Shown one piece after another: positions 37,901-49,900 of a stretch of 64,000 nt of DNA. Made by a program: the position numbers and the translations under genes. This DNA comes from Acanthaster planci (lineage: Eukaryota). The stretch covers positions 1,240,789 through 1,304,788 of the forward strand of contig NW_019091356.1 of NCBI RefSeq assembly GCF_001949145.1, in the 5' to 3' direction. The number at the start of each line of letters is the position of its first letter. Position 1 is the stretch's first letter. A model generated the notes under the pieces. The model saw only the letters and a list, made by a program, of their open reading frames with translations. It had not been told where the DNA came from and ran no database searches.

Positions 37901-40900
37901 CCAGAAAGTGTGCAGTGCCCTTCCTCTGCCTCAGTTGTGCCCGTGTGACACATCCCTCCTCCATTGTTCTCAGCACACCCCTGAGGATAAAGCTGATTTC
38001 TTTGAATTTTATCAGGTCTTTGTGGGAGCAACTTAGTAAGGAGTAGTGGTGACTTGTCCCAGTCTGGCATGTGAGCATATTCCCCAGGGCCTTATACCAG
38101 TTGTCTGGTGAGACTTTCACCCAAGAGCTTCAATGGAAGAAACAGATGGCCACGTTTGGAGATAAGCCAACCTCCTAAGCTGGCCCTGGGCCCAATTGAG
38201 CTGTGTTCGCACTGGACAAATTTTTTTCCCATGGGTTAAACCCGGCCTAACGTTAAAAAGCGATCAAATGTGACCACTCTCTGCACTTGGACTTCCCACA
38301 CGAGAAAATTTTACCAAGATCGTGGGAAAAGTAACCAAGCCGGCAATGCAATGACTTATGAGAGCGCTTTGCGTAACCTTTCTGCCTTTCTGTCCCTAGA
38401 CACAACGTTACCGTCATCATTATCATCTGGAATTCGTGCACTCCTTAACACCAGTTAATCTTCCAGCAGTGTCCATAACAATTTCTGCCATGATTGCGAC
38501 CACAAAAGGAAACAATTTACTGGAAATATTCGCCTCATGCCATACCGCGGCGAAGTGTGCAACGTGCATGCGTTGTTTCCCTGTGCTTGGGCCAGATGTA
38601 TGCTCTACTGGCCACTTTGCTTTTAGCGACTCGGGCTGACCCCACTGGACTTTCCATCACGGGAAAAGTGTCTGGTTAAATTCTTCCTGGGCAGAAGTTG
38701 GCTGGTAAACATTACCACGCCGCTCAGTAAAATTAACCAAGATGAAAAATTCCTGGGGTGTCCACACTGGACGTAAAATGGGAAAAGTAACCGTCATCTT
38801 GGTAAGTTTGAAAAAAATGATCCAGTGCAAACACGGCTTTAGACCTTCTTCATGATGCTTCCATGTTTGTCTTGTTCCCTGTTGACCCACTGTCAAAAGT
38901 AATACAACTTCACATTTGATAAAAGGGAACAGCCTTTTTTTCCTTCCAGCCTCAGTTTGGTTTGGTTACATAGCTTCAGATGGTAACATAGCAAGATAGC
39001 TGCCCTATGTTAGAGGTGTAAAGGATGATTGGAAGTGAATGGATGGAGACAATGCCTTAGAGACCAGGCGCACATGATGCATGATGCCCACTTGTGTGAT
39101 TTGTTGAGGGTTAGATTTGAATTAAAGATCAGGATTGCTTGGCAATAGCATTGATGAAGATTGAAGGAGTTTCTGCTGTTTTAGAATTCTAGGACAGAAC
39201 CCTAAATTAGAAATACCTCCCCAAATGTTGGAGCCAATGTGTCAAACTGGTACATGATTGGGATAATCCCTTTTCTAGGTTGCATTTTTTCACTGTTTAG
39301 TGTGTGCCATTTGTCTAGCAAATGAGCTAGCCTTGTCATGTGGGTAATATCAGTGAACATTGCACACTCTGAGGTTGACCTCGGTCGATGCGAAAAGACA
39401 CTGTGCATGCCTTATGCCACGTGAAGTACCACAACTTGTCGTCGGTCATGAGTTAGTCACATGGCAGCTTAATGACAGCTCACACCACAAAGCAAATAAG
39501 CTCCATCTTACATTGTCTTATCTCTGCACAGTTTACTTATGAACAATTGAATGGAAATGCTCCCTGTACTCTCACAGAACCATACTACATGTAAATAATG
39601 AGGTTGTTGACTTTCATATATCGCTGATGACTTTCATCTTCCCAACAAATCAGAGGAGGAGCCTGACTAGTGGGAAATTATAATAAGGGTAGTCCAGTCT
39701 GGTTCTGGGCATGATTAATGATTAACTTTGGGTACCATGAGTTCCACCCCCCTCCCTGAAGACTCTTTTCTGCTGATCTTTTCACAGGAACTTTCTTGGA
39801 ATATGTTGTGGTTGCGGTCACTTACGGGGCCACTGATTCCTTGTGGTCTGCTCATTGAAAACAGACAAAGAAATGTCTATAGGGCTGTGCTGGACTTCCA
39901 GTTCTGTAGAGGTTTTTATTGCAACTTGAAGAACCACTTCAAGTTCTCTCATGTTTGGACTCTAGCCTCTGTCTGGACATTTAAGTCGAAGAAAGCCAAA
40001 TTATAGTCATAACTTAAGTAATGTTCTCCATAGTGTTAAGAAAAACTGAACATTTTAAAGTGCGAGTACACGTAGTTTACATGTAGTTGAACGTTAACAA
40101 AGCTGCTTTAGATTTGAATTTAGTAATCTTGTTTCTAAGTTCCAGTGAAGCCACTCACCACTGTGAAAAAATCCTGCATCACATAGTGCTGTGCGCGTGA
40201 TGTGGCACAGTGTGCATGGGCGTTTTCATTAAAAAGCCTCCTTTGAATTTCAAATTTTGGCGTCTGTACTTCGCACTCCGCGCTTGCAGTCTGGTTGCCA
40301 AATTTTCCTCATGTTTGCAGATGAAAGAGTTGCATGCCTGATCCTTTATATCATTGTGTTCATCGTGGTCAAAACGGGTCCACTTTTGGGTGGTGAAAGA
40401 GTGGCGAAAAATGTCAGGTGTCTACATGAAATTATTTCTCAGAATTTTAACAAACTTAAAAATTCTTTTGCTTGAGAAAAGGCTTGTCTGGAGTGGATTA
40501 TTTCCATTTATTTTCAGACTCTCAGGTTTGAAATTTGAATAAGGAGAATGGATTTTTTTTGGGGGGGGGGAATTATTCAGAAATTCGGACTATAGTCCCA
40601 ATACCAGTTCTTCTTAGGTTTGAAAAAGGGTTTTATGTATCTCACATTGTATGTTTGTACATGTACATGATCTTCTAAGAGAGGAAAATAATGAATTAAA
40701 AACAGCTTTTTGTAGATTTTTTGATAGAAATTTGACATTGACTCACAAAATCTTTGAATAAATTACAAATGTAGGCCTAGATGATAAAAGTTTGATGTGT
40801 GAATAATGAAACACAGACATCATAGTAAATATGTGTACAAGTGTCATTAATGGATTAAAAAATATTAAAAATAAAATTTAAGTCCATAGTGCTAGACCTT

Positions 40901-43900
40901 TAATCCACCTCTGTCCTTCCGTTTGACAAGTTTCCAAAATAAGATATGATTCCAGCAATACAGTTGCCTTACGCTGATAACCTTCCGCTGGTTGAGTGAT
41001 AAGTGTGCCGACTGCGTCCTGGTTGTGAGATTTGGTTTTGTATCATTCAGGTTCAGAAGCCGGAGTCAAGTTGAACTTTGATTCCAGATTGATTGTTTTA
41101 AATTTTTTTTTACGCCCTCCTCAGAAAGGCACTGCAAGTGACTTTGTTACACGCCACAAGCATGTGGCTGGGTACACAAACTAAGCCCATTACAAGCGTA
41201 CCAGATTCAGTTGATTTTTTTATGTTAACTTCCAAACTTGTACATGTAGATCCCTTAGTCTTGATGAAATGTGTAAATGAAATCTAGTGTAGACGAAAGA
41301 TGAACTCAAAGTGAGAGGTACATGTACCTTAGTTGTACTTAACAGAGAATGCTTAATTTGTGGCCGATTCGTCTTTTCTTTACAAAAAACGGTGTTTTTC
41401 AGGAAAAAAATTCATGGTTGGGGCCTGTGTCTTGTGATAAAATCATAACAGCAGTTAACAAAACTGTTATTCGGTATTGTTCAAGAATGATATATGGTTC
41501 ACATCCTGGGATTGTAATATCAGCTGTGCAAAGCACACAGATAAACTATAATCGTTGACTTTTTTCTTTCTCCAGTATCTTCGGCATTATTTCAATGGTT
41601 GCAGCCAAATTTGGACAGAATCTAACTTGGCCAGAGTCTCATGTGTAGTGACTAGCATGTTTGGCCAGTGGTCACTTGTAGTCATTTTCTTCAAAATGAC
41701 AAAACGCTGCTTCTTCCACAACCTCAGTCCAGTTATTGTCAAACTTGGTCAGTGGTATGTCTGGCAAAACCTCGTAAAAGATGTTCACAGAATTTGGCCA
41801 GTGGTCACTAGTGGTCATTTTATTCAACATTACAAATTCCTTCTTCTTCCACAAGCTTGGCCCATTAATTGTCAAACTTGGTCGATGATATCTCTGGACC
41901 TAATGTCATAAAATGTCTTTGTAGAATTTGGCCATTGGTCACCTGGTGGTCAGTACGAGTATGGTATATGTACTATTGATAGACCGATTCGCTGACACTT
42001 TTACTGCAGTGTCCCCACCACTCACATGTACAGCGACAGAAAAATTGAATCTGATCTGCACCTTCAAAATTTCCAAAAGCTGTTCACGACTGATATATCC
42101 TTCCTTCCTGAAGCACACTAGCTCTAGTTATCGACTGTAAACTTGCATGTTGCAGGGCAGTGATGTCATTTGTTGAGAACAGACACCCTGAGTTATGACT
42201 TCCAAGAAAACGTCAATGTCATTCCAGCCCCATGTTGTAAACTTTCGCATTTTCAGACAAAGATCAAGTGAAGCAGGACAGCCAGCAAGGCAGCAGCGAT
42301 ACCCCCGGCCGCGGCACTCTGAGCACGGTCTGCGAGGAGCCTGCCTCCAGTACCGATGAGGACCACCACCAGCGGGACAGCCAGCGAGCCAAATACCTGG
42401 CCAGCCTGCGCCCTTTTCCCCTGGCCCCCTCAGTCCATCCCCACCACTATCACCACCAGGCCTTGCACCACCATCACCACCACCACCACTCACCACCCTA
42501 CCTCATTGACCCCACCAATGGATGGGCAGCCTTGGACCCCCGTTATGGTAAGGCTATAAACAATGTCAGTGAATGTTTTTTAACTATGTTTGCAGTTGCC
42601 TTGTTGCAGTTTTGGTTGAGTTGTCCGTTAATGATTAATATAAAGCAGAGTTGATGAAAAGTAGTTTGATTTGGAGCCACATGCAGACTGGTCCTAGACT
42701 TGCGCTTGTGCAGCTCTTGTACCATTTATACGATGCTACGGAAACCAAGAACCACAAAGACAGATGCCACCCTTGAATTGCTCTTTTACTTTTTGGCACC
42801 AAGAAAGTTTTTTTTTTTTCAATCTGAACGCCATGGCAAACTCTGCAAGTCAGACAGCTGATGAATGAAAATAATTCAGATCTGACATCACACCGCCAAC
42901 CCAGTACCTGCCTCCCCAAACTATAAATAAAGCTCTTAGGAAAATTGCAGGTTCATACTCTAATTTTAAAGTCCAGTTTCACATTTTTTTTCTTTGTCGT
43001 ACGGGTATCGTACCAGTTTATTCCACCCACAGCCCTTCAAACATTGTACTTCAGGTAGACTTTGAGCTCTCCTTTTTTTAACAATTCCAATAAGTCAAAG
43101 GACTGGATAGGAATTAGTACAGATTTTGTACTTTGATTCTCAAAGTTTGACCCTGACATATCTTGGCCATCCAATGTGGTGATCATCATCTCTCACTGAG
43201 TGTACTTATACTGAATACCACTGTCGGTTCACGAGGACGCAATTGTCAAACTAACTTTTTGTGAACTGTTAACATGACCATGGAACTGTATGGAGCCTGC
43301 ATGCAAGGTATGTACTGTTACTTGTAACTAGTAGAAGATGGAGTCAAAATGACACATCTTGTGGGACTTAAGCACCTGTCAATTGTAATCCCGGCCCCAG
43401 GTGAACCGGGACGTGGGGGGGGGGCTTAGCAGGGAAGATAAAACAGGGCCAGCATGATAGTCCCCGTCATTTGCCCGACCAGGGCAGGGCGCCTTTTTTT
43501 GCATTCCCCGGCCCCAGCATGCCGGGCACCATTGTGGTAACCCCCGCGCAATCCTGGGTCCGGCGTGCGGAGCGTTGTGACCAATCCCCGCACCGTCCCT
43601 AGCATGCAGGGCTTGTGACGCAACAACCGCATGACTGAAAATAAATAATAGTCCCCTACTCTTCTGGGTCACTACTAAGACAACAATCGACTTGGCCTGC
43701 CGTAACTACAGGTACTGGTAAAATATCTCCGAAATAAAGCAAAGCAAGGGGCAGCTGCTTTAATTTTACCAAACTTTGGCGAAACATTCGTCCGCATATC
43801 TGAAGCACCGGAATCAGGGGGGCCGACAACCATAATCGCTATACTGGGTACTCTTCCCTTGCGGAGGTCTCAGAAATAATTATGGAAATTCATCCAGTAG

Positions 43901-46900
43901 CAAAATTTGTTACATGCGGTGTGGAGACTAATTGACCAGTTGAAATGGTCGTTTATGTACATGAGGCCATCACCCGTGCCAGCCCAATAAAAGTAGGGAC
44001 AGTTATCAGTGAGATATATTTTAGCGTATTCTTCCTCAGTCCTCAACACTTCATTCGTTTATTGAAGATTGATCAAGATAACCAATGATTTGAAATATAT
44101 CGCCAAAATACACGTGACCAGAGCTACTTGGTTGAAGGATAAATTACCACAATTGTTTACGCCATGTTTTAATCATTTGGCAGTCCAAAGAAAGTAGCGG
44201 CAGTGTTTGTAAAAAAAGAAAGGTCTATATTTTGCGGGCTCTGATCCCAAAATAAGACATCATCTTTGTCTGGTTTTCCTCTGTCAAGGTAGGGGAAACA
44301 CTTTGTATTTTATATCAAAGCTCAGTGCTATAAAATTTTACCGATAGACGGTGTAACAAATTGTACAACCCCGGCCAAGTCCCTGCTATCATCCCGAAGC
44401 CAGCCATTGTGCAACCCGGGCCAAGCCCCGGTATCGTCCCGGGCCAGCGGGGCAGCAATTGTACAACCCTGGCCAAGTCCCTGCTATCATCCCGAAGCCA
44501 GCCATTGTGCAACCCAGGCCAAGCCCCGCTATCGTTCCGGCCCAGCGGGGCAGCAATTGTACAACCCCGGCCAAGTCCCTGCTATCGTCCCGGCCAGTGG
44601 GGCACCTTTTTTGGGGGCATCCCGGGGTACGTCCCCGCTACATTTTCGAAAGTCCCGGGTCCCCTGGGGCGGGGATGACAATCGACAGGTGTATTAAAGA
44701 ATGTTGGCTTGAAGTAGAAGCTCATACAGGTGTACGTGTATTGATTTTTGCAGGGCTGGAGAATCGTGTGTGCCAAAAGTGGTGTACTTAACCACTTCAC
44801 TGCTTGAACAACCAACAATCAAGCATATTCATTTACTAGGACTTTGGAATCAGTTATTTATCAGGTGATCAATAAGCCAACCAGAGAGCTGTCATTGACA
44901 GACTCTCAGTATCTCTGATAATCATAGATTTGATCTTACCCAACTGTGAAAAACTTCAACTTAGAAGTTGTGTTTGCATTGCTTACTGATTTCAGCAAAG
45001 TATTTTAAATGATTGTTTTCAATAATTTTTCTTCTTACAAAAATGAAGAGCCGGGCAAGCAGCTCTAACAAAACCATAAAATTCTAGCTATAAATCACCG
45101 TAGCTGATCCCATTGAAAAACAAAGACCACATTCCAGGAAGTATTCCTAAGTTTAAGGTTGTGGGCTTGTGACCTTAACCATCCAACTGCCAAAATGGGC
45201 AAGTGACGAAGGACATCTTCCAAATGGCACCGATTCTCAAATCTCATCAAAGACTGCTATGACTAATACTATGGTTCGCACAAAGGCAAGCTTGTGGACA
45301 TATACTTCTGAGATCTTCGATATTGTTTTATAAACAGATAATGCCAGAAAATCCATGCCAGTCAGGGTGATTATTTTTTTTAAAAAGGTCTTTTGGTGGA
45401 AGCCATATAATGTTGACTTGCATATTTAAAATTTTAAATCTCCCTATGTAAATATTCTGCAGTTCAAAAAAAAAACTAATGCACTCTTTAAAATTAATGC
45501 AGTTTATTTGGAGGAATTTGAAAATTGAAAAAAGTGTTCTTGGTCCTTGAAACGTTCATCAGTAAGCCAAAATATTTGTCAGAATTGTGCCAACATTTCC
45601 GGCATAAAGCGGTTAATATTTTTCATGGTAGGCCAGTAGTTTTCAATGTTTTGTTTTTACGAACGTCATCATGGAGACTTAAGTGTTAATCCTGATTAAT
45701 TTTTCCATCTGTTCCTTCCCAGTGCATGCCATGGATGGGCGTCTAGGTTTCCACCCTCCCATCCCTGTGGATTCGAGAACCCACGAAGGACGATATCACT
45801 TTGACAGTCCTATTCACCACCCCTTACATGGGTTAGTTCACTCAGTACAACTCCTAAAGCAACTTGCATCCTAATAATCCACGATTTATAGCTGTATTTG
45901 CATAATGCTGTCTTTAGGAGTCGTACATGTATCTGATGAATATTCATGGCGTTTGGGCGAAGGTCATTTTCCCATCAGTAGAAAAAATGCTTTTGATTTG
46001 ATTTTTCTGAGTCCAGTGTATACTGCCAGAAAATTTCTACAGGCTTGCTCGTGCAGCATTTGAACCCACAAATTTTTTTTGCTTGAAGTGACATCAGACA
46101 TTTCATATGACTCTTGGCCAAAAGCAAACTTCAGACCTTCATTGATTAAATTTACACCCGATGATCTTAGCCTTCGTGGTGTGTATCATGCGCTGTGCTA
46201 ACTGCCCAGGTTAGGTCAGAATATGTGTTTGTAAGAAGTACTTGAAAGTTTGCCAAGCCACACTATTGGTTATGATCCATCATCTCTCCCCGCTTCTCAG
46301 GCATACTTCCGGAGGCAGTCCCTCTCTGTCCGATGTCTCGTTGATACGTCTCACCCCCCAGCGGGGATCATCAGCTGACTCGGCTAGCTACCCGCTGTAC
46401 ATGCAGCACTATGTGGACCAGTTTAGGGGGAGTCCGGCCATGTCAGCCCTGTCCCATGCCCGGGGAATCAGCCCCAGCGGCTCCTATGGTGAGTCAAAGT
46501 CAAAAACGTCACACTGAGACGAAGCCTGTGCTCATCCTCACTTTGTTTAAGACTTCAGTCAGACTGGAAACAGACCTTTCGCTATGAATCTCTTCTTTGA
46601 TGTGTTGAACGGGTATTTATTAGCTTTTCTGTCCAATTATTTTTTTCAGTCATGATATTGGTTCTATTTAAATTTTCCCAACACAGCTGTGCACCTACAG
46701 TACTCGGTTTACTACCTTTTTATCGTGTGAAAATAATGCACGGGAAACAATAAGTAATTTTGGCAACTTCAACTTCAGTCTTTTATGGACTGAACTGTTC
46801 TCAATATTCAAGGCTGTTTGTCCAGATCGCCTTTCGAAATGTTGTGACTTTCCCCTCTTCAGATATCTACAGTCATGAGCTGTTTGTTGCGATTGCACGG

Positions 46901-49900
46901 GGTATAGGATGACGATGGTACATAGGCCAACCATCACGTTACAAGAGATTTGATTGCTGAGATGTTCCATTACTAAGGAGAATGTGCCAGTGGTGTCGGA
47001 CAGATTGGTGTAGTTTGGAGGAATTAATAGGCTTGTTTGCCACAGAATGCTCGGAAAGTTAAGATTACCGGACCGTGATACAGCGAGGAGGTTTACTTAG
47101 AGCTGAAAATTTCGGCCGGCATATATCTGTCTCTGCATCGGGAGACACCCGGTTTGGGTTTTGGGTGTCAGCCGAGGTTGCATTATCGCCAGTTACATTC
47201 ATTGCAGTAGTTAATTTCTGAATGCAGCATAATTCTGGAGTAACTTGATGATTATTGCTTTGCATGTGCTTCGTTAGAGGAAACCTATGAAGAAAGACAC
47301 AGAAGCTAGTCAACATTATATTACAATGAACGTTTGATCAGAAGACACAGTAGCCAACGACCATCTGCATTGATGGCATATTTTCCCTGTGTCAGGATCT
47401 TGGCTTCCAGACATATTGGAAACTTACGATGCTCGCCCGATAACATCTGACATTTGGTGTGTGTTTTTTTGGTGTTGTTGTAAAGCTGATAGCGGGAACA
47501 GCTAAGAGTAGACGACAAGGCCCCCTTGGGCCAAGTTGAATTCTTGTCCCGGGTGAAACCAGAGGTCGGAGGTTATTGCAGAGGTGACCCCTGTATGCTG
47601 AATAGATTTTTTTGTGAGGGAGCATGCTGCATGATGTTGAGAACATCTGTGAATGTCTGAGTTGAGCATGGACATGGGCTTGGCAGATCAGCTTACCCGT
47701 TTGCCTCATTGGTTTTTTAAACTGAACAGAAAATATTTCCATTTTTGCTACTTCAAAATCAAGTCCCTACTTTGGTAATCCCGTAACAACATTTCACAGT
47801 TTACTTATTACTCAAGCTAAGCTGATAACTTAATTTACATTCCAAAGGCATCCAAGAAATAAGCGAGGAGACGACACGAGTTTGTTCTCTTAGGTTTTCC
47901 AAGCCCAACCTGTCCTAAACACCTGGCTCTCCCACCCACCCCATCCATGGTATTGTGGAGCACGCAGGCTTGAATCTTGCTTCTTTCATCTCGACTTCAA
48001 TTAAAAAAAAAGGCACAGTTTTCTTTAAAAAAAACCACCCCCACAGCAGTTTTCTGCTCTGTACTGTTCCAGACCCTTGATAAAGTTCATGCTAGCATCT
48101 GTAACTTTGCCGTCTTTGCTGTGTTCTTTTTTTCCCCGTTGATTTGGTTTTGCCTATTGTTCAGGTGAGGGTGCCATACCTCCCAGCCATCCCACCGCTA
48201 TGCCCTACCACACCCATCTCAGCCAGCACAGTCTCATCGCCCCGGAGTTCCTCAGTGCTCCACCCAGTACAGCGGGGAGCATCGAGCACCCAGCACTGGA
48301 TGTGGGATCCATTGAAGGTAAAGTGCTTTCTCGTAAGAAAAGAACCCCCCTCCCACCAGGCTTTTCTCCAGTGTTATCTCATGGCATTTCTTTCCTGCAC
48401 CTGGTCTTCAGTTTTTTTTCAGTCATATCTTGCGGTCATTCTGACACCATATTTGTGAAAATATATCATTTTTGCAAAATGCCTGTTTTTCCAAGACAGA
48501 TCAGCCAACGCTGTATACTTTTTGTTTGTGTGCTCATTGCATGCAAGCCAGCATGCATGAAATTCAGTTCATCAAATTTACTTTGCATTCCCCCTCCCCC
48601 CCCCCAGGCTCCCGATTTTCCACCCCGCGGCCCACCGACCGCCGCAGCCGCAAGAGAGCGCTCTCCATCTCACCTCTCTCTGGTGAGTGCCTGGACATCA
48701 ACGCCATGATCCGCACCTCCCCCAACTCCCTGGTGGCCTACATCAACAGTTCGCGCAGCTCTTCCAGTGCCAGTGGGTCCTACGGCCATCTGTCTGCGGG
48801 GGCTGTGAGTCCACTGAGCTGGCACCCCTCTGCCACGCCAATAGCCCACCTGCAACAACTCCAGCAACAGCTGATGAGACAAAGGCAAGGCCTCTCAGAC
48901 GACTGATAAAAAATTGAAGACTGCTGGATCATCTGTTTCTTGTGGTGTTTAAATTAATCAATCAATTGATAAAAGAGCTCCCTCACATCCGACCAATAGC
49001 CATAATGTCTAACTAGTGTACCTTTACATCAGGAGAATTATCCTACTTGAACCTCTTTGAAATAACTCTTTCAAAAGCAAATTTGTTGCAGTGTTCGCCA
49101 TTAATGAGCCCTCATTTTACCATGTGAGGTTTCAAAGTTTGAGAGGTGCTAACCTTATTGTACCAAGAATGTGGAACTTTGATAGCAGGTACAAAGAATC
49201 CAAGACAGTGTCCTCAAGTCAGCCAATGTTCTGCATGTCTTATTTCTCTGGGCGGAGACCAGTCTTTTGGGTCTTTAACATTCACTGGGCCTGGAGTGAA
49301 AAATGATAGTCCCTTTGACAAAACTGGCACTGAATCAGCTCAGATTTGGCATTACAGTTAACTGTTTTACCTCTTAAAGTTCCTAAATTTCAGTTATCAC
49401 TGAACAGGATTGTTTGAATTATGAATTGTCACGGAACAGAATAGTTTAATAACTTTTTGCATCATTTACAGGAGTTGCATCGCTGACCAAAGTTTCCATC
49501 TCCCACCCTACAGGACCGGGCTCGGGAACCCGTTCATGCCATCAGCCATCCCGCCCCCATCAGGGGCAGTCCAGCATCACCCAGCAATGGCAACGCTGCT
49601 GGCCCGGGCTCACCCTTCCAGTAACACCAATGAGGAGACCATGGTGCCTCCAATGACTACCGACATCCTAGCCAAGCACAGCAGCAGGCCTGCAGTTGAG
49701 AATAACACAGATGCAACTCACGTGAGTGTTGTATAATCAGGTAGTCACGAGTGTGAGTTTGGAAATTGTTACTCAAAGCACAGTTACGAGTGTTTGGGTC
49801 GAGCACAAGAAAAAAAAAATTAAACATCAGTATAGGGATTGTTATTACAACATCAGAGAAAGTGAAGACCAAATTTTTAGTTGATTTAGTCGTCTAGTTT

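Noticed and set aside
44359..44597. CRISPR-like repeat array
   Set aside because: Eukaryotic context, no unique spacers and no cas genes; it is a simple tandem repeat.
44315..44818. Several 60-110 aa Pro/Gly-rich ORFs on both strands
   Set aside because: By-products of the GC-rich 98-bp minisatellite inside a TIR element.
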